In this document: one piece after another, positions 1-11,885 of the stretch
Layout of the letters: every line of letters begins with the position of its first letter
Position numbering within the stretch: the stretch's first letter is position 1
Source: Burkholderiales bacterium
GTDB taxonomy: Bacteria > Pseudomonadota > Gammaproteobacteria > Burkholderiales > SG8-41
DNA: 64,000 nt
Direction: 5' to 3'
Assembly (NCBI GenBank): GCA_046313915.1
Contig: JBKBXX010000001.1
Span: forward strand, 1,040 to 65,039
The notes under the pieces: generated by a model
What the model was told of the DNA's origin: nothing
Seen by the model: only the letters and a program-made list of their open reading frames with translations
The model's database searches: none
Program-made: the position numbers and the translations under genes

Positions 1-736
1 CGGGAGCGCGCGCGATGTTGATGACGCCGGCGGCGGGTTTCATCAGGCCGAGGCGCTCGCGGCTGAGCAGATTGCGCGTCTCGGGCGTGAGCGGAACCGC
101 CAGCACCACGAAATCGGCTTGCGGGAGCAGGGCATCGAGCCGCGAGTAGGAATGGACCGCGTCGGCGAGGCGCGACGGCTTCTCCCGGCGGCGCACGCCG
201 ATGACTTTCATGCCGAGCTGTTTTGCCGCGCGCGCCGCGCCTTCGCCCAGATCGCCCAGCCCCACGATGAGCGCGGTTTTGCCTTCGATGCTGGGCGAGA
301 ACAACTGGCGCCAGCGGCGCGCACGCTGGTCGGTGAGGATTTCGGGCAGACGGGTGTTGAGCATGGTGAGCGCCATGCGGACGTACTGCTCGGCCTTGAC
401 GCCGTGGGCCCCGCGGTTGTTGGTGAAGGCGACACCGCGCGGCAGCCAGTCGAGCGGCAGCAGGCCGTCGACGCCCGCCGAAGTCGCGTGCAGCCACCGC
501 AGGCGCGGCGCCCGCTCACGCAGATCGTTGCGGCGCGCGGGAACACCGATGACGATGTCCGCCGTGCATAGCGCGTCATCGAGTACGTCGCCGTCCCAGC
601 CGATGGTGACATCAAGCTTTCCGGCCAGGTCGCGGTGGCGCGCGCAGGCTGCGTCCCACAGCGCCTGTGTGATGTGGAAAATGCTTGCTTTTTTACGCGC
701 GTTTTCAATATGGACGCGGATTTTTCCGGTCGTCAT
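1..736 (-). CDS. D-isomer-specific 2-hydroxyacid dehydrogenase family protein (gene 3' end lies outside the window)
   Basis: Not in the ORF track because it runs off the edge. My own minus-strand translation from ATG 734-736 is stop-free to position 1: MTTGKIRVHIENARKK...IEGKTALIVGLGDLGEGAARAAKQLGMKVIGVRR...VVLAVPLTPETRNLL. It has a Rossmann GxGxxG (GLGDLG) and the typical family layout. Confidence 0.8.
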   Translation of the reverse strand, partial: MTTGKIRVHIENARKKASIFHITQALWDAACARHRDLAGKLDVTIGWDGDVLDDALCTADIVIGVPARRNDLRERAPRLRWLHATSAGVDGLLPLDWLPRGVAFTNNRGAHGVKAEQYVRMALTMLNTRLPEILTDQRARRWRQLFSPSIEGKTALIVGLGDLGEGAARAAKQLGMKVIGVRRREKPSRLADAVHSYSRLDALLPQADFVVLAVPLTPETRNLLSRERLGLMKPAAGVINIARAP

Positions 737-780
737 GCGGTGCAGGTGATGTGATATCGGTGGTGGGGCAACAGTAACGG

Positions 781-1401
781 TTATTTACCGGCAGTGGATT
801 TTTTCATGCCCTGCCAGCGCACGATAGTGTCGTGTTCAATGCCAAACAAGTCGAGTACCCGTCCCACGGTGTGGTCGACCAGGGCGTCGACAGTCTTGAC
901 CCGGCTGTAGAAAGCGGGCACGGGCGGGAAGACGATGCCGCCCATTTCGGTGACCGCGACCATGTTGCGCAGATGGGCGAGGTTGAGCGGCGCTTCGCGC
1001 GTGAGCAGTACCAGCTGTCGCCGTTCCTTGAGAATCACGTCCGCGGCGCGGCTCACCAGATTGTCCGAGAAGCCATGGGCGACGGCGGCCAGCGTTTTCA
1101 TCGAACAGGGCGCGATCACCATGCCGTGCGTGATGAAGGAGCCGCTGGCAATGGCGGCACCGATGTCGCGCGGGCTGTATTCTACGTCGGCGAGTCTGCC
1201 GATGTCCTTGCGCGCGAGGCCATGATCTTCCCAGGCGTTGAGTGCTCCGGCCTCCGAGACGATCACGTGTGTTTCCCAGCCGCCGAGCGCGCGCAGCGTC
1301 TCCAGGATGCGCAACCCGTAAATCGAACCGGTGGCGCCGGTGATGGCCACGATCAGCCGTTTTCTCGGCTGGGATTCGCGAGATTTCCTTTTTGCGGTCA
1401 T
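781..1401 (-). CDS. ubiX: UbiX-type flavin prenyltransferase
   Basis: RLIVAITGATGSIYGLRILETL..., MVIAPCSMKTLAAVAHGFSDNLVSRAADV and LVLLTREAPL are typical of UbiX/Pad1. I trimmed the ORF-track start (1509) to the internal ATG at 1399-1401 (MTAKRKS...). Confidence 0.9.
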   Translation of the reverse strand: MTAKRKSRESQPRKRLIVAITGATGSIYGLRILETLRALGGWETHVIVSEAGALNAWEDHGLARKDIGRLADVEYSPRDIGAAIASGSFITHGMVIAPCSMKTLAAVAHGFSDNLVSRAADVILKERRQLVLLTREAPLNLAHLRNMVAVTEMGGIVFPPVPAFYSRVKTVDALVDHTVGRVLDLFGIEHDTIVRWQGMKKSTAGK

Positions 1402-1497
1402 GAACTGTGATGAATATCGCTCACACGTGTACTGTAGTTGCCAGGCAAACGATATCCTACACCGCCTGCCCGTATAATGGGACGCGAGCACCTTGCC

Positions 1498-2751
1498 ATG
1501 AACGTCCATATTGTGAATGCAGTTCCCGGCGTCGCCGCCGCACCTTCGGACAGCAGGCGATTCGTCGCCGGCGTGGTAGTGGGCGCTACCGCTGCGCAGG
1601 TGACCTCGGCGATGAGCATCGCGGTGTTTCCGGTCATTGCGCCGCAGCTTGCGCCGCTCCTCGCTGTCGACGCCTCGCTGGTGGGCTACCTGATGAGTCT
1701 GCTGTTCGGTTCCGCGATGGCGGCATCGCCGCTGGTAGGTACGGCCGTGCTGCGCTGGGGAGCATGCCGCTCGATGCAGGTCGCAACCGCGCTATCCGTC
1801 TGCGGCATGGCACTTGCCATGTCCGGCCAGCTTTTTTCCGTCGTTGTCGCGGCGCTGCTGGTCGGCGCCAGCGCTGCGCTGGTCGCGGCGGGGGCTGCGC
1901 ATCTGCTGTTTCGTTTCAGTTCGCCAGCGCGCCGCAACCTGATCTTTTCCATCAAGCAGACCGGGGTGCCGCTGGGCTGGGCGATGATCGCGCTGCTGGC
2001 GCCTGGCATTACGCTGGCATTCGGCTGGCGCTGGTCGTTGGCCGTGATCATGCTCTATGGCGTGGCCGTACTGTTCTTCCTGCAGCGGGTCCGCGTGCGG
2101 TGGGACGATGACCGCAATCCCCAGGGAGCGGCGCAACTGCATCTACTGGCCGGTGTGCGGCTGCTGTGGCGTTTTCCTGCGCTCAGGCGGCTGGCATGCG
2201 CCGCGTTTTTTTTCTCGTTCGTGCAGCTGTGCCTCGGTACTTTCACGGTGACGCTGCTGGTCAAGGAGGCGGGCTATACGCTGGTGGCGGCGGGATTCAT
2301 GTTTTCGCTGCTCCAGATTGCCGGGATGTCGGGACGCCTGCTGCTGGGCTGGGTCGCCGATGCGACCGGCCGCAGCGTCACGGTGCTGGCGGCGTCGGAT
2401 CTGGTGGTGGCGGCCTGTTGCGTCATGACTGCGTTCGTCAACTCCGCCTGGCCGCCGACGCTGCTGGCGGCGCTGTATGGGGTGTTTGGGGCCATGGCCT
2501 ACGGCTGGAACGGCATTTTGCACGCCCAGATCGCGCGACTCAGCCCGAAAGGCATGGTGAGTGTTGCCACCGGCGGCCTCATGGTCTGGATTTTCGCCGG
2601 CACGCTGAGCGGGCCGGCGCTGTTCGCTTTCGGTTACCGCTTCGTCGGCAGCTATACCGCGTGTTTCGGCGCGTTGGCGCTGGTCGCGTTCGCCGGCTGG
2701 CTGTTACTGAGGCCGGCGCAGGGCGCGGATGTCGAACCGGAAGCGATGTGA
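1498..2751 (+). CDS. MFS transporter
   Basis: About 12 hydrophobic helices, high GC3, length typical of MFS. The start is set at MNVHIV (ATG 1498). The alternative upstream start at 1438 cannot be excluded. Confidence 0.75.
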   Translation: MNVHIVNAVPGVAAAPSDSRRFVAGVVVGATAAQVTSAMSIAVFPVIAPQLAPLLAVDASLVGYLMSLLFGSAMAASPLVGTAVLRWGACRSMQVATALSVCGMALAMSGQLFSVVVAALLVGASAALVAAGAAHLLFRFSSPARRNLIFSIKQTGVPLGWAMIALLAPGITLAFGWRWSLAVIMLYGVAVLFFLQRVRVRWDDDRNPQGAAQLHLLAGVRLLWRFPALRRLACAAFFFSFVQLCLGTFTVTLLVKEAGYTLVAAGFMFSLLQIAGMSGRLLLGWVADATGRSVTVLAASDLVVAACCVMTAFVNSAWPPTLLAALYGVFGAMAYGWNGILHAQIARLSPKGMVSVATGGLMVWIFAGTLSGPALFAFGYRFVGSYTACFGALALVAFAGWLLLRPAQGADVEPEAM

Positions 2752-2806
2752 AATACCGCGCGGCGTCGGCCACGCGGCTACCAGGAGCTTGCATGTGAAA
2801 ACGCCA

Positions 2807-3820
2807 ATGGAATATCGCCGGCTGGGAAACAGCGGCTTGCAGGTTTCCAGGATCTGCCTGGGGGCCATGATGTTCGGCGAGCATGCCGATGCCGCGACCG
2901 CCGCCCGTATCGTCGGTTCGGCATACGCGGCCGGCGTCAATTTCATCGATACCGCCGATACCTATGGCGGCGGCGAATCAGAACGCATCGTCGGCAAGCT
3001 GATTGCGAAAAACCGTCAGCGCTGGGTAGTCGCGACCAAGTTTACCAACAAGATCGATCCTGCCGACCCGAATTCGGGCGGGGCAGGAAGAAAATGGCTG
3101 TTGCAGGCGGTTGACGGCAGTCTCGGACGACTCGCTACCGATCACATCGATGTTTATTATTTCCACCGTGACGACCGCGACACGCCGCTCGAAGAGTCAC
3201 TGGGAACGATGGCCGATCTGATTCGCAGCGGCAAGGTGCGCTATTTCGGTTTGAGCAATTTCCAGAGCTGGCGCATCGCCGAAGTCATCGCGTGCTGCCG
3301 GCAGTGGGGGCTGCCCCGGCCTATCGTGCTGCAGCCCTGCTATCACGCGCTCTACCGCATTGCCGAGGTCGAGATGTTTCCGGCGTGCCGCTACCATGGA
3401 TTGGGTGTCGTGCCCTACAGCCCGCTGGCGCGCGGCGTTCTGACCGGGAAATACCTGCCGGGGGCAAGACCGCCTGCCGACTCGCGGGCGGGGCGGGGGG
3501 AAAAGCGTTTCCTGGAAACCGAGTTCCGTCCCGAATCGCTCGCCATTGCACGCAAACTCGGCGAGCACGCAGCGAGAAAAGGCACGAGCCTCGCGCACTT
3601 TGCGCTCGGCTGGGTGCTCAACAACACGCTGGTGAGCTCGGTACTCGCGGGTCCGCGCACTTATGCGCAATGGCAGGGCTATCTTGCCGCACTCGATTAC
3701 CGCTTCGACGCCGAAGACGAGGCGCTGGTCGACTCGCTGGTGGCTCCTGGGCATTGCTCGACGCCGGGTTATACCGATCCCAAATATCCGGTCACCGGCC
3801 GGGTCGCGCTGCACGGCTGA
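2807..3820 (+). CDS. aldo/keto reductase
   Basis: MEYRRLGNSGLQVSRICLGAMMFG..., NFIDTADTYGGGESE and YFGLSNF are AKR hallmarks. The start is trimmed to MEYRRL. Confidence 0.9.
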   Translation: MEYRRLGNSGLQVSRICLGAMMFGEHADAATAARIVGSAYAAGVNFIDTADTYGGGESERIVGKLIAKNRQRWVVATKFTNKIDPADPNSGGAGRKWLLQAVDGSLGRLATDHIDVYYFHRDDRDTPLEESLGTMADLIRSGKVRYFGLSNFQSWRIAEVIACCRQWGLPRPIVLQPCYHALYRIAEVEMFPACRYHGLGVVPYSPLARGVLTGKYLPGARPPADSRAGRGEKRFLETEFRPESLAIARKLGEHAARKGTSLAHFALGWVLNNTLVSSVLAGPRTYAQWQGYLAALDYRFDAEDEALVDSLVAPGHCSTPGYTDPKYPVTGRVALHG

Positions 3821-3839
3821 AGTCGCTGCGAGCTTTTTC

Positions 3840-4586
3840 ATGGAAACGCCGGGATTTGCGCAGCTCGCATTCTGCGCCGTGGTGGTAATGGTTGCATTTG
3901 CGGTGCGCGGCACGACGGGGTTTGGCGGCAACGCCATCGCGGTGCCGCTGCTGACACTGGTATTGCCGATGCAGAACGTGGTCGCGGCCGTCACCGTGCT
4001 GACGGTGCTGTCATCGCTCGGCCACTGGCTGGGAGACTGGCGCAGAATCGTGTGGACCGAAATCCTCAGGGCTGCGCCTTTCACGCTGATCGGTGTTGCG
4101 GCCGGTCTTTATCTTTTCGAGACGCTGGACGCGCGCACCCTGACCCGGGCATTCGGCGGTTTCGTGATCTTGTATGCGATTTACTCGCTGGCGATGGCGC
4201 AACGCGCGCTCGCGCCGTCGCGAAAAATGCTGTGGCCGCTTGCGGCGGTACTGTGCACGCTCGCCGGGCTGGTCGGTACGCTGTTCGGCGGTGCCGCCGG
4301 CCCGATCTACGTGATCTACCTCAGAACCCTGCAACTCGGCAAAGACAGCTTCCGGGTGACCATCACCACTATACTGATGACCCAGGCCGTGATGCGTGTC
4401 GCCGGCTATTTCAAAATCGGTTTTTATGACCGGGCGACGCTGCTCATGCTGGCGGCGGCGCTGCCGCTGATGCTGGCCGGCGCCTGGCTGGGCGGCGCGA
4501 TCGCGGGCCGCATCGACCAGCTGACTTTCAATCGCATCGTAGGCGCCGTGCTGTTATGCAGCGGCATTGCCTTGTTGTTCAAATAG
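3840..4586 (+). CDS. TauE/SafE (DUF81) family anion-exporter membrane protein
   Basis: A polytopic membrane protein with the repeated G-rich motifs GTTGFGGNAIAVPLL and GGAAGPIYVIYL, characteristic of the DUF81 family. The start is at METPGF. Confidence 0.8.
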   Translation: METPGFAQLAFCAVVVMVAFAVRGTTGFGGNAIAVPLLTLVLPMQNVVAAVTVLTVLSSLGHWLGDWRRIVWTEILRAAPFTLIGVAAGLYLFETLDARTLTRAFGGFVILYAIYSLAMAQRALAPSRKMLWPLAAVLCTLAGLVGTLFGGAAGPIYVIYLRTLQLGKDSFRVTITTILMTQAVMRVAGYFKIGFYDRATLLMLAAALPLMLAGAWLGGAIAGRIDQLTFNRIVGAVLLCSGIALLFK

Positions 4587-4632
4587 ACGCAGACGGCTGC
4601 GGTGCGGCGCCGTTATGGGAGAATGGCGAAAA

Positions 4633-4773
4633 TCATTTGAGGAAAACGACGGCGGGAAAGACCGCGGCGGCGAGCACCAGCACCAGCCATTCGAGGCCGT
4701 TGCGTCTCAACCAGCCGGTAAAATGCAGGACCAGGATGAGGATTGCGATTGCATAGAAGGCATAGAAAATCAT
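4633..4773 (-). CDS. hypothetical 46-aa small membrane protein
   Basis: MIFYAFYAIAILILVLHFTGWLRRNGLEWLVLVLAAAVFPAVVFLK has two hydrophobic helices and mostly G/C third positions. There is an AAGGGA Shine-Dalgarno-like sequence upstream. I do not recognise a family. Confidence 0.4.
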   Translation of the reverse strand: MIFYAFYAIAILILVLHFTGWLRRNGLEWLVLVLAAAVFPAVVFLK

Positions 4774-5111
4774 TTGCTGTCCCTTTGCCTTGTTTGTCGG
4801 GGGTCGTGCCGATGGATGGCAATGTGTCGCCGTTCGCGACGCCCGCGGTCCGCGCCGTTGCCGCGGCAGAAGCCGGTTTGCTGCTGACGCTCGCGCCGGG
4901 TCATGGGGGTGTCGGGCACATAGATGATGTTCAACAAAATACAAGAATAGATCAAAAAGGCTCGCAATGACAGGACAAAATGCCTGCTCCTGTTGCATTG
5001 CACAACGATTTTCGCGTCGGCGGCAGGATGTCGCGAGTGCGGCGGCCAGTGGCCGCGGCTGAGGTGCCGCGCGCCGTTCTGCAATGAAAACGTCCGTGAG
5101 GTGCCATACTC

Positions 5112-6599
<1,488 letters not shown>

Positions 6600-6623
6600 C
6601 CCTGCGTTTCCCAGCGCGTGGGC

Positions 6624-9323
6624 TCAGGACGCGAGACGATGCTGCAATGCGTCGCGGGCAGCAGCGATTTCCTGGGTCAATTTTTCGACGTCGGGCCACA
6701 GCGTGGCGGTTTCGTTTGCTTTGAATGCGGCGTCGATACGCGCAGCGATCGCGCTTACCCGGGCGGCGCCGACGTAGGCACTGCTCGACTTCAGGGCGTG
6801 GGCGGCTCGGGCGGCGGTCCCGCTGTCGCGTATGTCGCGGGCGTGCGCCAGTGTTTCCAGCATGGCCGGCACACCGTCGAGAAAGAGCCGGATGACCTGG
6901 TTGACGGTTGCATCGTCCCCATCCAGGGCGGCGCGAAGCTCCTCGATTTTTGCCGCGTCGATGACGTCGTTTTCCCGAAAGGCCGCCGACGCGGTGTTCT
7001 GGCCCGCCGCGCTTTGCCGTGAAGGCGCGGGCGGGGAGGCGCGCAGCACCCGGCGCACGGTCTCCAGCAGTTCCGCCTTGCGGAAAGGCTTGGCCAGATA
7101 GTCGTCGAATCCTGCCGCTAGGCATTGCTCGCGGTCGTTCTGCATGGCGTTGGCGGTGATGACAATCGCCGGCGTATGCGCGGTTTCCCGGGCGCGAATG
7201 TGAGTCAAGACTTCCAGCCCGTCCATTCCCGGCATCTGCCAGTCGAGCAGCAGCAGGTCGAACGGCGCGGCTTCCCATCGTGCGAGCGCTTCGTCGCCGT
7301 CTTTTGCACAGACCAGTTCGCAGCCCGTCGATTTCAGCATGGCCTCCGCGTACATCCGGTTTACCTCGTTGTCCTCGGCGAGGAGGACTCTCAGGCCGGC
7401 GAATTCCGCGCCTGCCACTGGCGTTGAGTTTGCGGCGGTGGTTCCACGCTCGTCGCGTCCGTCGAGCACCGAGCGTACCAGCCGTCTCAACTCGTTGTGA
7501 CGCGCAGGTCTGCGCAGCTCAAACACTTTGCCGGGCTGCTCCCGCCTGATCGCCGCGGGAAGCCCGGCTCCCCACGTCGCGACCACGACCGGCGTCTCCC
7601 GGCACGCTGGCAGCGTTTGCAGCGCGGCGAGCATGCGGATTATGCCGTCGTCTGACGTTCTGACGTCCAGAACGATGAGATCGAGGCGATCCGTTTCCGG
7701 CGTGGCGCGCAGTTGTTCAATTGCTTCATCCGCGCCGGACGCGCTGATACAGCGTACGCCCAGCAGGGCAAGATGGCGCGCGATGACCCGGCGTTCCATT
7801 TCGAGATCGGCGACGACGAGCGCGACGCGTCGCGGCCGGCTTGTCGCCGTTGCGAGTGGGGCGGCAGGCGGCAGCGGCAGTTCGAACCAGAATGTGGAGC
7901 CGACGCCGGGTTCGCTGGTCGCGCCGATCCGTCCTCCCATGCGCTCTACGAGCTGTCTGCATATGGTGAGCCCGAGGCCGGTGCCGCCGTAGCGCTTGGT
8001 GGTCGAGGTGTCGCCCTGTTCGAAAGGCTGGAACAGGGTGTCGATTTTCGAGGGCGCGATGCCGATGCCGGTGTCGCTGACTTCAAAGTGCAGGGCGTGC
8101 GGCGGCTGCTCCTCCTGCACCATGGAAATCCGCAACCGGATTTCCCCGTGCTCGGTGAACTTGACAGCGTTGCCGACGAGATTCAAAAGGATCTGCCGCA
8201 GCCGGTGCGGATCGCCGCGCACGCACGAGGGGACCGCATCGTCGACCGTCGCGATTATCGCGATTCCCTTCGATATGGCGCGTTCTTCCAGGAGTTCGAT
8301 CACTTCGCCAACGAATTCGCAGGGCACAATATCGCCCTGCTCCAGTTCCAGCTTGCCGGCTTCAATCTTGGAGAAATCGAGCACGTCGTTGATGATGGCG
8401 AGCAGCGATTCCGCGGAACGGCGGATGGTGAGCGCGTAGCCGCGTTGCCTCTCGTCCCGGAGCTCGCCGTCGAGCAGCAGTTCGGTCATGCCGATCACGC
8501 CGTTCATCGGCGTGCGGATTTCGTGGCTCATGTTCGCGAGGAAACGGCTTTTGGCGCGGTTGGCGGCTTCCGCCGCCTCTTTTTCGTGCTGGAGCGCGGT
8601 GGTCATCGCTTTCAGGCTTGCCACCATGTCGTTCAGACTGGCGGAAAGGATCCCCAGCTCGTCGTGGCGCTTCAGTGACACGCGCGTATCTAGGTCGCCG
8701 TCGCGCACCGCATGCAACGCGTCCACGATGCGTTCCACCGGCGCGGAAAACGAGCGCGAAAAATAATACGCAAGCAGCAACGCCAGCAGCAGCAGCACGC
8801 CGGCTAGCGCCGCGGTCCGCCCCACGTTTTCCGCTTGTTGCCGGCGTGCCTGCGCCAGCGAGAAATTGAAGTAGGCAAAACCGATGATTTCGCCGTCGGC
8901 GAGCCGCACCGGTTGCAAGACTTTGACGGCATCATCCAGAATGCGCACGACCGGCTGGCCTGTCTCACGGGCCTCGGCGAGCATGCCGGATGGGAGCGAC
9001 TGCGCCTTCTGAAAAGCAAACTGTTTCTCGGAGTCGGCCACCACCAATCCTGTCTGGTCCAGAGCCTGAGCCAGCAGGACTTCCGGCACGGCGTGTGCGG
9101 ACTGTAGCTGCCTGCGTATGTCGTCTATCGAGAGCTTGTAGATCGGATCCACCAGGTTGGCTGCCACGGCTTGTGCGACTGCCACGCCGGTTTCCACGGC
9201 ATGTTGCTGCGTTTTCTGACGCTCCAGGACGAAGTCGTAGAGGATCACGGCGCCGCTCGCCAGCGCCGTGATGCAGAGGCTGTAGGCGATCAGCTTGCTG
9301 CGAAGACTGAAATGCAGGTTCAC
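6624..9323 (-). CDS. hybrid sensor histidine kinase (TM/periplasmic sensor-HAMP-HisKA-HATPase-REC-like-REC-Hpt)
   Basis: H box [19 protein letters not shown]; N/G boxes [27 protein letters not shown]; receiver [14 protein letters not shown]...YLAKPF; Hpt [12 protein letters not shown]. The GTG start overlaps the upstream stop (GTGA at 9320-9323). Confidence 0.9.
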   Translation of the reverse strand: MNLHFSLRSKLIAYSLCITALASGAVILYDFVLERQKTQQHAVETGVAVAQAVAANLVDPIYKLSIDDIRRQLQSAHAVPEVLLAQALDQTGLVVADSEKQFAFQKAQSLPSGMLAEARETGQPVVRILDDAVKVLQPVRLADGEIIGFAYFNFSLAQARRQQAENVGRTAALAGVLLLLALLLAYYFSRSFSAPVERIVDALHAVRDGDLDTRVSLKRHDELGILSASLNDMVASLKAMTTALQHEKEAAEAANRAKSRFLANMSHEIRTPMNGVIGMTELLLDGELRDERQRGYALTIRRSAESLLAIINDVLDFSKIEAGKLELEQGDIVPCEFVGEVIELLEERAISKGIAIIATVDDAVPSCVRGDPHRLRQILLNLVGNAVKFTEHGEIRLRISMVQEEQPPHALHFEVSDTGIGIAPSKIDTLFQPFEQGDTSTTKRYGGTGLGLTICRQLVERMGGRIGATSEPGVGSTFWFELPLPPAAPLATATSRPRRVALVVADLEMERRVIARHLALLGVRCISASGADEAIEQLRATPETDRLDLIVLDVRTSDDGIIRMLAALQTLPACRETPVVVATWGAGLPAAIRREQPGKVFELRRPARHNELRRLVRSVLDGRDERGTTAANSTPVAGAEFAGLRVLLAEDNEVNRMYAEAMLKSTGCELVCAKDGDEALARWEAAPFDLLLLDWQMPGMDGLEVLTHIRARETAHTPAIVITANAMQNDREQCLAAGFDDYLAKPFRKAELLETVRRVLRASPPAPSRQSAAGQNTASAAFRENDVIDAAKIEELRAALDGDDATVNQVIRLFLDGVPAMLETLAHARDIRDSGTAARAAHALKSSSAYVGAARVSAIAARIDAAFKANETATLWPDVEKLTQEIAAARDALQHRLAS

Positions 9324-10219
9324 CGGCGGACGATTTCCCGGTCAATGTCCTTGGTGAGCTGCAGGATGGGTGCCAAGGATTTCTGGACGCCGCTGGGCAG
9401 ATCGTCGAAGCGGACGGTCTGCTCGAACGCCGCGAGTACCTGCCTGCCCTGTTCCGTGTTCTCCATGGCGAGCAGCACTTCACGGATGCGTTTGACGAGG
9501 GCTTCGTCGAGGTCTTTGCGGTGACTGACCAAGTGCCTGGGTACGGCTGGCGTTTCGTGAATGACGCGCAAGGCATCGGGCTGGGCTTTACGGAACTGTT
9601 CAAAGTCGTGAATACCGACCGCGCCCGCGGCGACCTTGCCACGCGTGACCCACAGCAGCGTCGTTTCCTTTTCCCCGCTGAACACGAAACCCACTTCCCG
9701 CGGCCCGACCGGCGCGCCGTTGTCCGAAAACTCGCGCAATGCGAGCTTGGACTCGAGCAAGGCGCTCTTCGGCAAAAAATAACCCGTCGTCGAGTACGGA
9801 TCCTCGAACGCCAGCATTTTGCCTTTCAAGTCGGCGAGCGCGTGGATTGCGCTGTCGGCGCGCACCACGAAAACGGAATTGAATTCCGCCTGTCCTCTTT
9901 TCCAGCGCCGGAGCAGGATTTTGCTTCCTGCGAGGCGGCTCACGGCGACCGTCGGAAACGGGCTGTCGATGAAAATGTCGACCTGCCGCGTGCGCATTTT
10001 CTCCGCCATTTCCGGTATCCCCCCGGCCACTACCACCTTGCCCTGCTCAATGCCCATGTCCTTCAACTGCTGGGCGAGATAGTGCGCAAAAGGATGGAAG
10101 ATCTTGATTTCCTTGTCCGGCTTGCCCGAGATCGATCCCACGAAAAGGGTGCGGCCTGCCGCGGGGCCGGCTGCGGCCACCAGCGAGGCGAACAGTGCGG
10201 AAAGCAGCCAGCGGTGCAT
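9320..10219 (-). CDS. PhnD-like (phosphonate/oxyanion-type) periplasmic substrate-binding protein, no cognate ABC genes nearby
   Basis: Signal peptide MHRWLLSALFASLVAAAGPAAG. The body is typical of phosphate/phosphite/phosphonate SBP-family proteins (FVVRADSAIHALADLKGKMLAFEDPYSTTGYFLP). It is translationally coupled to the kinase. Confidence 0.8.
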   Translation of the reverse strand: MHRWLLSALFASLVAAAGPAAGRTLFVGSISGKPDKEIKIFHPFAHYLAQQLKDMGIEQGKVVVAGGIPEMAEKMRTRQVDIFIDSPFPTVAVSRLAGSKILLRRWKRGQAEFNSVFVVRADSAIHALADLKGKMLAFEDPYSTTGYFLPKSALLESKLALREFSDNGAPVGPREVGFVFSGEKETTLLWVTRGKVAAGAVGIHDFEQFRKAQPDALRVIHETPAVPRHLVSHRKDLDEALVKRIREVLLAMENTEQGRQVLAAFEQTVRFDDLPSGVQKSLAPILQLTKDIDREIVRR

Positions 10220-10232
10220 GAGTACCTTCTTA

Positions 10233-11717
10233 TCAGAAATTGACCTGTCCGCGCAACAGCAGCGCGCGCTCGCGCGAAGTCGGCACGCCGCCGATCGTGA
10301 CCAGCGTGTCGAAGCGGGTTTCCACCAGGTTCACCATTACGCGCGAATAGGGGTTGAGTATCCATTTCAGGCCCAGCGTCCACGCGTCGGCGCCGTCGGT
10401 GAGCCCTGCACCGAGGACGCCGCTGCCTGCGGGATTGGTGAGCTGGAAGTCGGAGGCGTCGAATCTGCTGTAGCGCAGGCCCAGTTCCAGCGCGCCGCGG
10501 CCGCCGCTTCCGGCACGGAAGTCCGATTTCGGGCGGATGTTTCTGAATGCGCCATTGCGGTAAGCATCGGCATAATGCTCGCCGGTTACGAGCCAGCTCG
10601 CGCTCACGTATTGCGCCTTGATTTCGCGGTCGTAGGCGACGCCGGCTGCGCTCACGCCGTCGAAACGGGTCGCAATGTGTTCGGCCTGGAGCTTGAACGG
10701 ACCCCACGCGAACGCTGCCTCGATGCCGTTACGGCTGACGCCGACCGGGCCGCCGGTGAAGGCGGCGGGGTCGAAGAAGCGGAAGCCGCGCGCTTCGGTG
10801 CGGCCGTTGAATCCTACGTCCCCGACGGGGCGGCTGCCGCGCGTGACGCCAATCCCGCCGTGCAGCACCGCATTCTTGCTGCCGGTCCATTCGGCGGCAT
10901 TGGCGGTCAGGCGCCCGATGCGGTCCTTGCCGTCGTTGTCGTCGGTATCGGCATCGCCGTTGCCGTTAGACAGTGCCACGCCGTAGTAGAGGCCTTTGGC
11001 GGGGCGGCCGTGGACCATGATGCCGCGCTCCTTGCCGGGCGCCTGCGAATTGGCGAGCGAGCGTTCCTGGAAGTCGATGAAATTGGAGCTGGTCATCTCC
11101 TCCAGGCTGAAAGGCATTTTGAACAGCCCCAGCCGCAGCTGGGCTGCGTTCGCGAGCTTGTAATTGACGTAAGCAGTGTCGATTTTGGCTGTCGAAGCAA
11201 AATCGCCGGTGATTTCGGCGTCGAGCCAGTCTCCCAGTTCGAGTTCGACGCCCAGGCGCGCGCGCCGCACTTCGGCGGTATTGGTGGTGCGCGACGTGGT
11301 TCGCGCATCATAGCTGCGATAATCGGCGTGGAGGCGACCGCCGACCTTGACCTTGAGGCCGGCTGAGCGGTCCTCGAAGACGGTGCCGTCAGCGGGTTTT
11401 GCCGCCGTGCGCACGGTCGGCGCGGCCGGTTGCGCCTGTGCCGACTTCACCTGGTTGTATTCGGCGGCGGTGAGGATGCCTTTGGTCTTGAGCAGTTCGA
11501 GCAGCGCCGCATCACCGGCCGGCGCCCGTTGCAGGTTGCGGTATTCGTCCTCGGTCAGAATGGCTTTCTGCCGCAGCACGTCGAGCAGCGCGGGCTGCGC
11601 GCCCGACGCTGTATTGGCGGCGGCGAGCATTGCTATGGCGAGCAGCCGCGGGGCGAACCGGCGGCATTGCGGTTGTATTGCGTTCGCGGCTGGTTTGTTT
11701 CCTGACGGAGCTTTCAT
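10233..11717 (-). CDS. porin O/P-family (anion-selective type) outer-membrane porin
   Basis: It has a signal peptide, N-terminal helical repeats (ILTEDEYRNL / ILTAAEYNQV), then a long beta-strand-rich region ending in ...LLRGQVNF (C-terminal aromatic residue). Confidence 0.75.
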   Translation of the reverse strand: MKAPSGNKPAANAIQPQCRRFAPRLLAIAMLAAANTASGAQPALLDVLRQKAILTEDEYRNLQRAPAGDAALLELLKTKGILTAAEYNQVKSAQAQPAAPTVRTAAKPADGTVFEDRSAGLKVKVGGRLHADYRSYDARTTSRTTNTAEVRRARLGVELELGDWLDAEITGDFASTAKIDTAYVNYKLANAAQLRLGLFKMPFSLEEMTSSNFIDFQERSLANSQAPGKERGIMVHGRPAKGLYYGVALSNGNGDADTDDNDGKDRIGRLTANAAEWTGSKNAVLHGGIGVTRGSRPVGDVGFNGRTEARGFRFFDPAAFTGGPVGVSRNGIEAAFAWGPFKLQAEHIATRFDGVSAAGVAYDREIKAQYVSASWLVTGEHYADAYRNGAFRNIRPKSDFRAGSGGRGALELGLRYSRFDASDFQLTNPAGSGVLGAGLTDGADAWTLGLKWILNPYSRVMVNLVETRFDTLVTIGGVPTSRERALLLRGQVNF

Positions 11718-11872
11718 CGAGGGCCTCCTCGGGTTCGTGACTTTACTGCGCCTGCCGGCAATGCAGGCGGCGAATTTTCACACTGGGATTATTGCAGGAA
11801 CGGCATTGCGGCAAAGCGCGAAACAGATGCAAAGCTGTGTGGCAATTCGGATGCGAGCGGGCTGCCACATTA

Positions 11873-11885
11873 TAACATATTGATT
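11873..11885 (-). promoter_or_regulatory. IHF core consensus match (AATCAATATGTTA) in an AT-rich islet
   Basis: An exact match to WATCAANNNNTTR on the minus strand, with an A/T tract 5' of it. It lies in the divergent porin/parA intergenic region. Confidence 0.35.
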
